Notes under the pieces: model-generated
What the model was told of the DNA's origin: nothing
The model's database searches: none
What the model saw: only the letters and a program-made list of their open reading frames with translations
Program-made: the position numbers and the translations under genes
NCBI GenBank assembly: GCA_973895155.1
Contig: OZ316897.1
Span: 23,411,455-23,475,454, forward strand
DNA length: 64,000 nt
Direction of reading: 5' to 3'
Source of the DNA: Marsupella aquatica
Taxonomy: Eukaryota > Plantae > Marchantiophyta
Part shown: in pieces, positions 1-12,338 of the stretch
Layout of the letters: every line of letters starts with the position of its first letter
Numbering within the stretch: the first letter of the stretch is position 1

Positions 1-2128
1 CAGGAAAACCTTCATGAGATGTAGAGAGGTGGGTCTCAAGTTACACCCAGATAAATGTTTTTTTGCAGTAACCGAGGGGGTGCTACTAGGTCACAAGGTA
101 TCAAGGAAGGGCATTGAGATTGACAAAGGTAAGCTAGCAGTATGGCTAGATATCATGCAACCTAAGAACATAAAGGATGTAAGATCCTTCTTGGGATGCA
201 TTGGTTACTATCGCCGGTTCATCAAGGATTTTGCCAAGCTGGCTTTACCATTAACCAATATGCTCAAGGCAGGAGCAGACTTCGAACCCACACCCGAACG
301 AGTCACAGCGGTGGTAGAATTGAAGCAGATGTTAGTAGAGGCCCCAGTCATGATAGCACCGGACTGGAACAAAGATTTTCATGTTTTTGTAGATGTCTCG
401 GGCTTCTGTATTGGCTCAGTACTAAGTCAGTTGGATGAGAAAGGAAGGGACCATCCCATATACTTCGCAAGCCGTCAGCTTGCCGATGCCGAACGGAACT
501 ACTCTACCATGGAAAGAGAAGCATTAGGAGTCATTTATTCTTGTAAAAAGTTTAGGCATTATTTACTAGGGTACAAGGTAATCTTTCATACTGATCATGA
601 AAGTTTGAAGTACCTAGTCAATAAGCCGGACCTTACAGGCAGAGTAGCAAGATGGATTTTGCTATTACAGGAGTTTGACTATGAGCTGAGGATCAAGCCG
701 GGAAAGTTACATGCCAATGCCGACTTCTTTTCAAGGATCACAGGTAAACCTGCCACGGATTGCATCGATGATCGATTCCCCGACGAGGAGATATTCGTTG
801 TGGAAATAGCTGGTACATGGTACCCTGAGATTTTACAATTTCTCAGCACTTCCAGATTACAGCCAGGATTAAGCCGAGAGCAAGCCGCAGTCTTTGTGCG
901 GAAGGTCAGACAGTATCAGTGCATTAAAGGCATACTGCACAAGCATGGAATCAACGGCACGATTCAAAGATGTTTGGAAAAGAGAGAGGTAAAACGAGTC
1001 CTACGGGCCATGCATGGAGAGGAGGCTGGAGGACATTTTGCCCCAGTAACCACGTCTAAGAAGATATTAAATGCCGGTTACTGGTGGCCCACCTTGCACA
1101 AAGATGTCTATCAGTTTATCAAACAATGCGATCCTTGTCAACGAGCGGGAGGACCAAGGGCGTCCACCAGGCATCCACTGCACCCTATTCTACCTCTGGC
1201 ACCATTCGAGAAGTGGGGTATTGATTACATTGGACCTCTGAAACCACTGACCCACCCTCGACGGAACAAGTACATAATCCTGGCTACGGATTATGCAACT
1301 AAATGGGTAGAGGCCAGACCAACAACGAAGGATGATGCAATTACTACGGCTAGATTCATGTATGAGCAGATCTTCACCAGGTATGGAGCACCCCTAGAAT
1401 TAGTTAGTGATAGAGGAACCCATTTTTTGAATGATATAATTAGTCGTTTAAATGAGCAGTATTTAGTTAAACATAGGCCTACTACTCCCTACCATCCAAA
1501 GGCAAACGGGTTGACAGAACGAGCAAACGGAATCATAGGAAAGATATTGAACAAGACAGTAGCTCAGAACAAACTCGATTGGGATGATAAATTGTTTGCT
1601 GCTGTTTTTGCTTAAAATCTTGCCTATAAATCCACTACCGGTCATACACCCTTCTTCTTAACCTTTGGACAAGAAGCCCTGGTACCCATGCAACTTGAGA
1701 TACCGACATTTCAAGTTACAATTGAGGAAAGAGCCTCAGCAGAGGAGAGCCTAAAGGAGCGAGAATATAGGTTAGAAGCTTTAGAGGAAGTGAGAATGAT
1801 TTCAGCCGAGAGAGTAGAATATAGACAGAATATCATGAAGCAGCAGTATGATAAAAGGTTAAAAGTAGTTAGTATTCATACCGGTGATCTTGTGCTACTT
1901 TATGACAATAGGTATAGTAGGTTTCCAGGAAAGCTTTACACTCGCTGGTTAGGACCCTTTAGAGTAACCATGATGTTCCCCAATGGCTCCGTACAATTGG
2001 CCAACATTACGGGAGAGGTATATCCAGTTCGCATCCATTATGACCGCCTCAAGAAATACTATATGGACGAAGATGAAGTTGTTCGCGAGGACGCTTCACA
2101 ATTAAGTGGGGAGCTATGTGATGCCTAG
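1..2128 (+). pseudogene. pol: pol (RT C-term, RNase H, integrase) of A1 with one premature stop
   Basis: Motifs FVDVSG, YFASRQL, HTDH, WGIDYIGP, SDRGTHF, WLGPF. TAA at 1613-1615 is TAC in A2/A3. The stop codon lies inside the LTR. Confidence 0.9.
2100..2116 (+). other. polypurine tract of A1
   Basis: AATTAAGTGGGGAGCTA immediately before the LTR TG. Confidence 0.75.
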
Positions 2129-5100
2129 ACAGGAATCACTCGGCCGGTTAAGTGGGTAAAGCAGGAAGGCACCCTAGGAACACCTTAGTATAGGGACAAA
2201 ACAAGGAAAATATAAACAATTAGGGGCAACCATGGAACCCGGCCAGAGGCCGGAGGTAAGGCTGAGGGTGAAAACCCGATTAGGGTTAGGGCGCGTTAAG
2301 CGTCGGCGGCTAGGAAGGATCAACGGGAAGAAGGACCGGCAGAGGAGAGGGGTAAGGAGCGCTTGCAGGAGATGGTGGCTCATTTGCGAGCACGAACTAG
2401 GCAGACGACTATGGGAGGCCAACTACTGTCAGCTGCTTAGGCAAGCACTCGGGGAGAGAATAGATACCGACGATCGACCTAAGGAGGGTATGAGCAACGT
2501 CAATCAAGCGGCACATTTCTGGGGATGCCTGTTCGAACGGGCAACTGAGTACATCAAGACTTACGAGGACGAGGAGTCAGAAAGGGCAGCTCGAGAACGG
2601 CAGGAGCTCGCTCGATTGTGGGAGCTGCAGAAGACGGCTTTCTTAGGAGGCGAACTCATCAAGGACGAGTTCCTGTGGACGCCTACTTCCAATCAACTCG
2701 ACGATCTTTTGTTTTGCAAAGACAGCGTCGTCGGCATCCGAGAGGCCATCAAGAACTGCAATGACATACACTGGGAATTAAAGGGTAGCACGGAAAGGTG
2801 GACCCAGGCAACGGTGCTAGGAGAAACCTCCACGGCAGCAGAGATGAAGAGGAAGGGGGCCGTCAACGATGAAGCCACCCCGGCAAAAAGAACGAGGTCG
2901 GCGGCACCAAAGAGGCCAGCCGAGCAGCAGAGCAGGAGGCAGGGAGAAGCCGAAGAGGAGGAGGTCGATCCCATCAAGGCCATTCCAACCAGGGATGACA
3001 CCTGGAAGGGCTGGGCGGCAACCCTACCGGTGGAGGTGCAACTACATTTTGCACGGGAGGAGGATGCATGCTTTACGGCCATGCAGACCAAGAAGTACCA
3101 AGGCTTCATGGCCGGATCCGGCTTGGAGGCCTTTGTAAGATTACCATGGCTGAAGCCGGAGGTACCGGAGTCAGACCTATTAGAATTCATGGGGTCATGG
3201 GAACCCGAGACCAATTGCACGAGGATATATGGGAAGGATTTCTATCTTACTCCCAAGGTAATTGCCGAAGTGTTTGGCTTGCCGATAGGCAATAAGACCA
3301 AAGTTGATACCAGGAAGACCTTGCCTGACAAGGAGTTCCGGTCGTTCCCCGGGCCATCAACGAAGAATGGCTTCTTCCGGAACACTTGCACCAACCCGCA
3401 CATAGGAGAGATGATCGACTTCTTGCGGGTGACCATGCATTGTAACTTGCCGAGGGCAGAGATCGGCAAGGCACAGGTCTATCTGGCAGAAAGGCCAGAC
3501 CCAAGCCGGGACTACAACGGGTACCTCCTCAACCAATTGAAGAAGATCTTAAAGGAGGAGCAGCAGGTAATCGGCATGGGGAGCGTGTCGCGGCTTGGCT
3601 ATCACATGCCGCTGTTGTGCCGGTATGCCAGAGGTCAGACTTTTGCCCCGGTACTTCCCCTGCAGGTAAGGGCACCCGAGGAAGCTCCAACGCCGAGGCC
3701 GTTGGCTGAGAAGCCTCAACCACCTGTTAGTCCTACGATCGAGCAGGTGTTTAGGCCCAGGAAGGAAGACTTGCCGATGCAGCAACCAGGCATGCAGAGT
3801 CTGCTGAAACTACTGGAGAAAGAAAAGAAATCGGCATCGGCAACAACAACGGCAACGGCAACAATGCAGGACACTACTACAGAGGTAGGCCTACACCGGC
3901 TCACAAGAGAAAACCCCTTTGCTGGAGACAAGGAGAGAATCAGGCCGGAATCCAAGCCAGGTGTTCGAATGTACGTGGGAACCTCAAGCTCCAAATCTGA
4001 GGCAGAATTGCCTGAAGCTCCTACCGACGAAGAGGAGAGGGAGAAGCCGGACGTCCAAGAGGTAGAGGAGGCAGTGGAGGACTGCAGCCATGATAATTCC
4101 GGCTATGGGTCGGACCATCACGTTCCAGGAGTAAGGACCTGTGGCCGGTTTGTCCCCACACTTCCAAGGGTAGTGCGAGGGGACCCCAACCAGCAGAGTA
4201 GCCCTGAGTCTCCCCCACCAGATGTTGCTCCCCCGAGCTTCGACGGCATAAAACAGACGGTGCAGGAATTTCAGGAGCGAATCAAGCAGGAGGAGGAGGC
4301 CGCCCTGGCTAAGGAAAAGGATTTACCAGGAGGAGATTGGCCGGAGGACATCAGGCGGCTAGCCGAAAAAGGAAGCAAACCTCTAGCCACGATTGAAGAG
4401 ATCCGCAGGACGGCTTGGGAGCAGAGGCCACGATGGGCGATGCCGATCACTTCTACTTACTCCACCTACGCTAAGAATAGAGCCATGGAGTATGGTGAGA
4501 TGTGTGGGGAACTTGCGCTCGGCATCTTTGGAGAGGAGTTGGAGGTAGGACCCTTTTTCCATAGGGAGCAGTTGGAGAAGCACCAATTAGAAGAAGCGGT
4601 GGCTTTAGAGAGAAGCAAGAAGGACGAGGTCATTCGGCGGCTTAGGAGGATGGAAGCCGAGATTGAAGATCTAAGGGCGGCCAAGAAAGCCCAAGATGAA
4701 CTGCGGATTAAACGACATGAGCTGAACATCATGCAGGGGCAGTTGGACACCGCGCAGGCTGATAATCAGAATATCAAGGATAAACTGACTCAGACGCAGG
4801 AAGAGTTGGCCGACACGATCAAAGAGAGGGAGAAGTGGAAGCAAGAGCTGAAGAATACAGAGGAGGCCCACATAACAGCCAACAGCCGGGCCATGGCGGA
4901 GACCCAAAGAAAGGAATGGGCGTTGAAAGGGGAGCTCGAGAAAATCCGCGGAGCCCTTGAGCAGAAGGAGGTCGAGTTAGGGAAATCCTATCAAGGGATT
5001 ATGGCGCTGCAGCAGGAGCTTGCGTCCCTGACGGCCAGCTTCAAGGCCGACCTAAGGGAGAAGGACGAGATGCTCGAACAGACTTACGCCAAGATGAACC

Positions 5101-6752
5101 AGATGGAGTCTGTCATCATTGCAGAGCTCGACAAGGAGCTAAGAGCAACCCAGGAGGAGAGGGCTACCTTGAAGAAGGAATTGGAGGAAGCCCACAGGGA
5201 GCAGGAGGAGGCCAAAAACGAGCTGGAGGGGGCACGTAAGGACCTGGATGAAACCCAAGAGGAGTTGGAGGAAATCACGAGGAAGATGGAGAACCTACAG
5301 CGGCGGGCCGACAACCAAACAGAGCGGCTGAAGAAACAAGCCGCAGTATTTAAATGCTTAGCTGCAGCAGGTCCATCTCCCGTTGGGACAAACCAGTTAC
5401 CAGGGGTGGTAATTGCCGAAGGACAAGCCGCGCCACCTGCACCAGTGCCGGAAGTAAGTGGGAAGGGGAAGGGACCAGCTGCCGAGCCACCAACGAAGAA
5501 GAAGCGGAAACCTTCAGGGTCAAGGAGTAATACGACTTCACAGGCCGTGGTGATCAAGGAGCTAGACCCAGCACCGACCCCAGACAGGGTCACGGCTAGG
5601 GATCCAACTACCCTAGGGGAAGGGGAGGCCGAAGCCGAGGGAGTGGCTGAGGCCGAAGCCGTGGGTATTGCCGAGGCCGGTGTCGAGGCTGAAGCCGAAG
5701 GTGGACCCAGTCAGGCCGATGGAGAGTTGACTCAGTCAAGGGCAGGTAATCTGTCAGAGAATGAACCTACGGCAGTGGCTGAGGAGGAAGCATTGGGGGC
5801 ATCCATTAAGGATCCACCACCGGTGTCGTGACGGTGCAAGGGCGCCGTTCCTTTTAGGGAGGGCGGACGTGGAGGGAGGAGGCGTGAGTGGGCAGGGCGG
5901 GCGCGGATCTCCACGTTTAGGATTAGGATCAGAACCAGGAGCGGCCCTGACACTTAGCTTAGTGGGATTGCGGTCCCACTGGTAGGAGCAACACTTGTGC
6001 TCCTGCCTTGCTGTACATAGGTAGATTCGGGCAAGTAGATTACTGTTAAGTAGATTAGGCTTACGATGCAAAGAATGGCGGATCCACTACCAGGATAAGT
6101 ACCTGGGCAGCGGGGAGCTCAGGGCCTCTTCTTTAGCAAGTTTTTAGTTTGCACCAGCCGGGCTGGGATCAAGTAGTACGAGAAGCTCTCGGTTAGTCAT
6201 ACAGTGACCCTTGTGTATATTCATGTTTCCTCATGCCTAAGAGCTGAATAGAGTTGGCCTCACGGCTTAGTTCACAGAACTTGTGTATGAGATGTACTGT
6301 TTGTATGGCAAGTGCATGGTATGACTCAGTCAGAATGAGTCATTTTGCTATTTGTGTGTCACATTAACTTGTGTGAAGAGTGCCCACATCAACAGAAGGA
6401 AGGAAAGTAAGCAGGGGAGTGAGAGTTGGATGTGTCGAGCTGAGAGAGGTCTTAGCGGCTTAACCAAGCCTATTGGGGATCATTCCGGCGGCGGAATCCA
6501 AACATACCTAACAAGACGGAGGGGAAGACAGGGGAAGACAGGGGAAGGCCTATATTAGGCCGGCTACGTATCTCATGACCCGATGAAGGATCTGTCCAGT
6601 ATATGTGTGTAAAATGTTAATAGTAGTAGTAGAAGGTTAGCAGCGTCCCATGCCGCTAAGCCGCGGAAACGGCCTCGCCAAGCACGAAACCTGCGGGAAT
6701 CGGCTTGAGCTGGGGGGTTTCTTGGGTTTAGGGAGCCATGGGACGCACCACA
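2117..6752 (+). repeat. 3' LTR of A1 (4636 bp, TG...CA), contains a long ORF
   Basis: Homologous end to end with 7594-12338 and 54880-59599. Termini are fixed by the CTGTC TSD of A3. Confidence 0.85.
2232..5831 (+). CDS. Intact LTR-embedded protein (1199 aa; likelier start ATG 2490, 1113 aa): transposon accessory-type N-terminal domain, low-complexity linker, long coiled coil, acidic tail
   Basis: Uninterrupted ORF conserved in three copies. Motif GLEAFVRLPW..EF..LTPKVIAEVFGLP..NGF..C is shared with the B and D extra ORFs. E/K/L/Q-rich heptad region. TATAAA at 2211. Confidence 0.85.
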   Translation: MEPGQRPEVRLRVKTRLGLGRVKRRRLGRINGKKDRQRRGVRSACRRWWLICEHELGRRLWEANYCQLLRQALGERIDTDDRPKEGMSNVNQAAHFWGCLFERATEYIKTYEDEESERAARERQELARLWELQKTAFLGGELIKDEFLWTPTSNQLDDLLFCKDSVVGIREAIKNCNDIHWELKGSTERWTQATVLGETSTAAEMKRKGAVNDEATPAKRTRSAAPKRPAEQQSRRQGEAEEEEVDPIKAIPTRDDTWKGWAATLPVEVQLHFAREEDACFTAMQTKKYQGFMAGSGLEAFVRLPWLKPEVPESDLLEFMGSWEPETNCTRIYGKDFYLTPKVIAEVFGLPIGNKTKVDTRKTLPDKEFRSFPGPSTKNGFFRNTCTNPHIGEMIDFLRVTMHCNLPRAEIGKAQVYLAERPDPSRDYNGYLLNQLKKILKEEQQVIGMGSVSRLGYHMPLLCRYARGQTFAPVLPLQVRAPEEAPTPRPLAEKPQPPVSPTIEQVFRPRKEDLPMQQPGMQSLLKLLEKEKKSASATTTATATMQDTTTEVGLHRLTRENPFAGDKERIRPESKPGVRMYVGTSSSKSEAELPEAPTDEEEREKPDVQEVEEAVEDCSHDNSGYGSDHHVPGVRTCGRFVPTLPRVVRGDPNQQSSPESPPPDVAPPSFDGIKQTVQEFQERIKQEEEAALAKEKDLPGGDWPEDIRRLAEKGSKPLATIEEIRRTAWEQRPRWAMPITSTYSTYAKNRAMEYGEMCGELALGIFGEELEVGPFFHREQLEKHQLEEAVALERSKKDEVIRRLRRMEAEIEDLRAAKKAQDELRIKRHELNIMQGQLDTAQADNQNIKDKLTQTQEELADTIKEREKWKQELKNTEEAHITANSRAMAETQRKEWALKGELEKIRGALEQKEVELGKSYQGIMALQQELASLTASFKADLREKDEMLEQTYAKMNQMESVIIAELDKELRATQEERATLKKELEEAHREQEEAKNELEGARKDLDETQEELEEITRKMENLQRRADNQTERLKKQAAVFKCLAAAGPSPVGTNQLPGVVIAEGQAAPPAPVPEVSGKGKGPAAEPPTKKKRKPSGSRSNTTSQAVVIKELDPAPTPDRVTARDPTTLGEGEAEAEGVAEAEAVGIAEAGVEAEAEGGPSQADGELTQSRAGNLSENEPTAVAEEEALGASIKDPPPVS

Positions 6753-6880
6753 GTAGGTCCATCCTCTGACAGATTACTTGCTCTGGACCGAGTCAACTCT
6801 CCATCGGCCTGACTGGGTCCACCCTCGGCTTTGGCTTCAGCATCGACCACGGCTTCTGATATGGTTACGGCTTCCCCGGC
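6753..6880 (-). repeat. Fragment of an older family A LTR in opposite orientation
   Basis: Aligns by eye to about 8567-8712 (GACCGAGTCAACTC..ATCGGCCTGACTGGGTCCACCC). Confidence 0.7.
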
Positions 6881-7593
6881 CTATTCGGGCATGGCCACCG
6901 AGACAGGAAACAGCAAACCAGGAATCCTGTTAACAGCAAAACAGTTTCTGGTACCAGGAAACTCATTAGGTTTTAGGGTCATTTTACGGTCCCAAGGATA
7001 GACATGGTAGCCAGGATTTTCTGTACAAATTATCCGCTAGTTATGACTATAATAGTACTGACAATATGCGTGAGTCAATACTATGGGTCCCACCCTGATA
7101 AAAATAATCAGATGAGCCTCATTTAAAAAAAATGTACATCTTCAAAAATATCGCCATCATATTTACATTAATATATTATACCGATGGGTATAACTAAATG
7201 AAATAGTAATGCCTTCAAGCTCCGTATATTCCAACATGACATACAACATTATGAGTGGAGTATCATCAGAGTATAGTAGCGTTTGGCGCTACCCATATTA
7301 TATTTCCACGTATCAATCTTGCCTTAGATTCAGGAAACAAACATACAGTGTATTATACAATCTGAAACACATTGGACCACCCAAATATGTTTGACCAATT
7401 CAAAGTAGCGCCCGGCGCTAACTAGAGTCAGAATAAAAAATCGACCAATATGTTATGAAAATGCAAAGAGTGTTTGGTATAAAAAAAGGAAATAAAATTT
7501 GCATATGCGACAAACAAGATAGGAGCCGTTCAACGTTCCTAAATATCTCCCCTATAAATCCAGAGCATTCTGCTGTGCAAGAATGAGCCTAAT

Positions 7594-10500
7594 TATGGTG
7601 CGTCCCATAGCTCCCCAAACCCAAGAAACCCCCCCGCACAAGCCGATTCCCGCAGGTTTCGTGCTCGGCGAGGCCGTTTCCGCGGCTTAGCGGCATGGGA
7701 CGCTGCTAACTTCCTTCTACTACTACTATTAACATTTTACACACATATACTGGACAGATCCTTCATCGGGTCATGAGATACGCAGTCGGCCTAATCTAGG
7801 CCTTCTCTTGTCTTTCCCTCCTGTTGGTTAGGTATATTTGGATTCCGCCGCGGGAATGATCCCCAATTGGTTTGGTTAAGCCGCTAAGACCTCTCTCAGC
7901 TCGACACATCCAACTCTCACTCCCTTGCTTACTTCCCTTCTACTTGTTGATGTGGGCACTCTTCACACAAGTTAATGCGACACACAAATAGCAAAATGAC
8001 TCCTTCTGACTGAGTTATACCATGCACTTGCAATACAAACAGTACATCTCATACACAAGCTCTGCGAACTAAGCCGCGAGGCCAACTCTATTCAGTTCTT
8101 AGGTATGAGGAAACATGAATATACACAAGGGTCACTGTATAACTAACCGAGAGCTTCTCTTACTACTTGATCCCAGCCCTGCTGGTGCAACTAAAAACTT
8201 GCTAAAGAAGAGGCCCTGAACTCCCCGCAGCCCAGGTACTTATCCTGGTTGTGGATCAGCCTGATTCCTTGTAGCGTAAGCCTAATCTACCTACTGTAAT
8301 CTACCTAACTATCTACCTATGTACAACAAGGCAGGAGCACAAGTGTTGTCCTCACCCGTGGATCCGAAATCCCACTAATCTAAGTGTCAGGGCCATCTCC
8401 TGGTCCTGATCCTAAGTCTAAACTTGGAGATCAGCGCCCGCCCTGCCCACTCATGCCTCCTACCTCCACGTCCGCCCTCCCTAAAAGGGACGGCGCCCTT
8501 GCACCGTCACGACACTGGTGGCTGGTCCTCAATGGACGCCCCCAATGCTTCCTCCGCAACCACTGCCGTTGGTCCGTCTTCTGACAAATTACCTGCCCCT
8601 GACCGAGTCAACTCTTCATCGGCCTGACTGGGTCCACCCTTGGCTTCGGCCTCAGCATCGGTCACGGCCTCCGCTACGGCTACGGCCTCTGATACGGCTA
8701 CGGCCTCCCCGGCATGTTCTAGTGGAGGATCCGGTACCTCGGCAACATTACTGGTTCTCCCGGCCTCGGCCTTGCCATCTCCTCTTCCTAGGACTGGTGG
8801 ATCCACCGCCGTGCTGATGCCGGAGGTTGGTGCCGGGTTTATCTTCTCGGTCACAACAGCTTGAGAAGCCGTATAACTCCCAGACCTAGAAGGTTTCCGC
8901 TTCTTCTTCTTCCCTATTTTGATAGTCGGTTCCTTCCCCTTGCCACTTACCTCCGGCACCGGGGTGAGTGTTTCGGCTTGTCCTTCAGCCAATACTACCC
9001 CTGGTAACTGGGTTCCCCCAATTGGAGTTGGACCTGATGAAGCCAAGCATTTTAATACTGCGGCTTGTGTCTTCAGCCGCTCTGTTTGGTTGTCGGCCCG
9101 CCGTTGTAGGTTCTCCATCTTCCTCGTGATTTCCTCCAACTCCTCTTGGGTCTCGTCCAGGTCCTTGCGCGCCTCCTCCAGCTCCTTATTGGCTTCCTCC
9201 AATTCTTTCTTTAAGGTAGCCCTCTCCTCCTGGGTTGCTCTTAGCTCCTTGTCGAGCTCTGTTACGACCACAGACTCCATCTTATTCATCTTGGCATAAG
9301 TCTGGTCGAGCTGGTCGTCCTTTTCACGCAGGTCGGCCTTGAAGCTGGCCGTTAGGGACGCAAGCTCCTGCTGCAGCGCAATAATTCCTTGATAGGATTT
9401 CCCTAACTCTGCTTCCTTCTACTCAAGGGCTCCACGGATATCTTTGAGCTCTCCTTTCAAAACCCTCTCCCTTCTTTGGTTCTCCACCATGGCCCGATTG
9501 TTGGTTGCTAAGTGAGCCTCCTCTGCATCCCTTAGCTCTCGCTTCCATTTCTCTCTTTCCTTGACTACGTCGGCCAACTCTCCTTGGGTCCGAGTCAGTT
9601 TATCTTTGATAATCTGATTGTCAGACTAAGCGGTATCCAACTGCCCCTGCATGATGTTTAGCTCATGCCGCTTAATTCGCAGCTCATCTTGGACTTTCTT
9701 GGCCACCTGCAGGACTTCCACCTTGGCTTCCTTCTCCCTAAGCCGTCGGATGACCTCGTCCTTCTTGCTTCTCTCCAAAGCCACTGCTTCTTCTAATCGG
9801 TGCTTTTCCGACATCTCCCTCTGGAAAAAGGGTCCCTGTTCCAACTCCTCCCCAAAGATGTTGAGCGCCAAGTCCCCACACATCTCCCCGTACTCCATGG
9901 CTCTATCCTTAGCATAGGTGGAGTAACTAGAAGTCATCGGCATCAACCACCGCGGCCTCTGCTCCCAAGCCGCCTTGCGGATTTCTTCTACGATGGCAAG
10001 AGGGTTGCTTCTTTTTTTGGCAAGCCGCCTGATGTCCTTCGGCCAATCTCCTCCTGGTAAATCCTTCTCCCTAGCCAGGGCTGCTTTCTCTTCCTCCCTA
10101 AGTCGCTCCTGAAATTCTTGTGCCGTCTGCTTTATGTCGTCAAAGCTCGGGGGAGCAACCTCTGGTGGGGAGACTTGGGGCTACTCTGCTGGGTGGGGTC
10201 CCCTCGAACTACTCTTGGAAGCGTGGGGATAAATTGGCCACAGGTCCTTACTCTTGGAACATGATGATCCGACCCATAGCCGGAGTTATCATTGTTGGAG
10301 TCCTCCACCGCCTCCTCCACTACTTGGACTCCCGACTTCTCCCTTTGTTCCCCTGGTCCAGTCGTGAAAATGGCCTTACGGATCACGGGCTCTGGTTCCT
10401 CTGGTTTCCAGGCTGTCGTCTCCCTCTGCTCTCCGCGGGAAGGAGTCTTAGGCTGCTCTGCCTCTGATTCGGGGCTTGAGGCTCCCACATACATTCGCAC

Positions 10501-12338
10501 TCCCAGCTTGTGTTCTGGCCTCCTTCTCTCCTTGGCTCCGGTAAAGGGGTCTTCCCTTCTGAGTCGGCTTAGGCCGACCTCTGGGGCAACGTCTTGTATC
10601 GTTGCCGTTGCCGGAACCGGAACCGTTTCCTTCTCCAGCAATTTCAGCAGATTTTGCATGCCTGGTTGCTGCATCGGCAAGTCTTCTTTCCTTGTCCGAA
10701 ACACCTGCTCGATCATTGGACTGTCGGGCTGGTTGGGCTTCTCTGGTGCTGGCCCCTGCTCTGGAACCTCCTCCGGTGCCCTTGCCAATAGGGGAAGTAC
10801 TGGGGCAAAGATTTGACTTCTGGCATACCGGCACAACAGCGGCATGTGATAGCCAAGCCGGGACACGCTTCCCATGCCGATCACCTGCTGTTCCTCCTTC
10901 AAGATCTTCTTCAGTTGGTTGAGGAGGTACCTGTTGTAATCCCGGCTTGGGTCTGGCCTTTCTGCCAGGTAGACCTGAGCCTTGCCGATCTCTGCCCTCA
11001 GCAAGTTACAATGCATGGTCACCCGCAAGAAATCGATCATCTCTTCGATGTGTGGGTTGGTGCAGGTGTTCCGGAAGAAGCCATTCTTCGTTGATGGTCC
11101 TGGGAACGACCGGAACTCCTTGTCAGGTAAGGTCTTCCTGGTATCAACCTTGGTCTTATTACCCATCGGCAAGCCAAACACCTCAGCAATCACTCGGGGA
11201 GTGAGATAGAAATCCTTCCCATACACCCTCGTGGAATTGGTCTCGGGTTCCCATGATCCCACGAATTCTAATAAGTTTGAGTTCGGCACCTCCGGCTTCG
11301 GCCATGGTAATCTTACGAAGGCTTCCAAGCCGGATCCGGCCATGAAGCCTTGGTACTTCTTGGTCTGCATGGCCGTAAAGCATGCATCCTCCTCCCGTGC
11401 AAAGTGTAATTGCACTTCCTCCGGTAGGGTCGCCGCCCAGCCTTTCCGGGTGTCATTGTTTGTTGGAATGGCATTGATGGGATCGACCTCTTCCTCTTCG
11501 GCTTCTCCCCTTGTCCTGCTCTGCTGCTCTGCTGGCTTCCTAGGTGCCGCTGACCTGGTCCTTTTTGCCGGGGTGGCCTCTTCGTTGTTGTTTCCTTTCC
11601 TCTTCATCTCGGCTGCCATGGATGTTTCTCCTAGCAAGGTTGCCTTCGTCCACCCCTTCGTGTTACCCTTCAACTCCCAGTGTAGGTCGTTGCAGCGATT
11701 GATGGCTTCCCGGATGCCGACGATTCTGTTTTTGCAAAACAGAAGGTCGTCGAGCTGATTGGCAGTAGGAGTCCACAAGAACTCGGCCTTGATAAGTTCT
11801 CCTCCTAAGAAAGCCGTCTTCTGCAGTTCCCAGAGCCGAGCGAGCTCCTGCCGTTCTTGAGCTGCTCTCTCCAATTCTTCATCCTCGTAAGTCCTGACGT
11901 ACTCACCTGCCCGTTCGAACAAGCATCCCCAAAAATGTGCCGCTTGATTGACGTTGCTCATACCCTCCTTGAGTCGATCGTTGGTATCTGTTCCCACCCC
12001 GAGTGCTTGCCTAAGCAGCTGACAGCATTTGGCCTCCCGTAGTTGTCTGCCCAGTTTGTTCTTGCAAATGAGCCACTATTCCTCGCGAGCGGTCCTTACC
12101 CCTCTCCTCCTCTGGTCTTCCCTCCCGTTGGTCACCCCTAGCCGCCGACGCTTAGCGCGCCCTAACCCTAATCGTGTTCTCTCCCCCGGCATCCTTACTT
12201 CCAGCCTCGGCCCGGGTTCCATAGTCACCCTTAATTGTTTATATTTTCCTTGTTTTTGTTCCTATACTAAGGTGTTTCCAGGGTACACTCTTGCTTTACC
12301 ATGTAAACCGGGATAGTGATTCCTGGCTAGGCATCAAC
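7594..12338 (-). repeat. 3' LTR of A2 (~4.75 kb, mutated termini)
   Basis: Reverse complement of the A1 LTR, with the PPT adjacent at 12339-12355. Confidence 0.85.
8507..12222 (-). pseudogene. Disrupted LTR-embedded coiled-coil protein gene of A2
   Basis: ORF pieces 10132-11997, 9626-9946 and 8507-9289 are homologous to the 1199-aa ORF. Confidence 0.85.

Larger units (their letters stand above)
1..6752 (+). mobile_element. Ty3/Gypsy LTR retrotransposon family A, copy A1 (3' part: RT end-RH-INT plus 4.6 kb 3' LTR)
   Basis: RT/RNaseH/integrase order is Gypsy-type. PPT-like AATTAAGTGGGGAGCTA is followed by TGTGATGCC at 2117. The end ...GCACCACA at 6752 matches the TSD-defined terminus of copy A3. 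Confidence 0.92.

Noticed and set aside
2280-2291. TTAGGGTTAGGG telomere-like repeat (also TTAGGA repeats after the A and B LTR ORFs)
   Set aside because: Only two units, embedded in every LTR copy; not an interstitial telomere array.
2232-5831. Host SMC-, myosin- or tropomyosin-like gene
   Set aside because: The similarity is compositional coiled coil with no ATPase or motor motifs, and the ORF travels inside the LTR in three copies.
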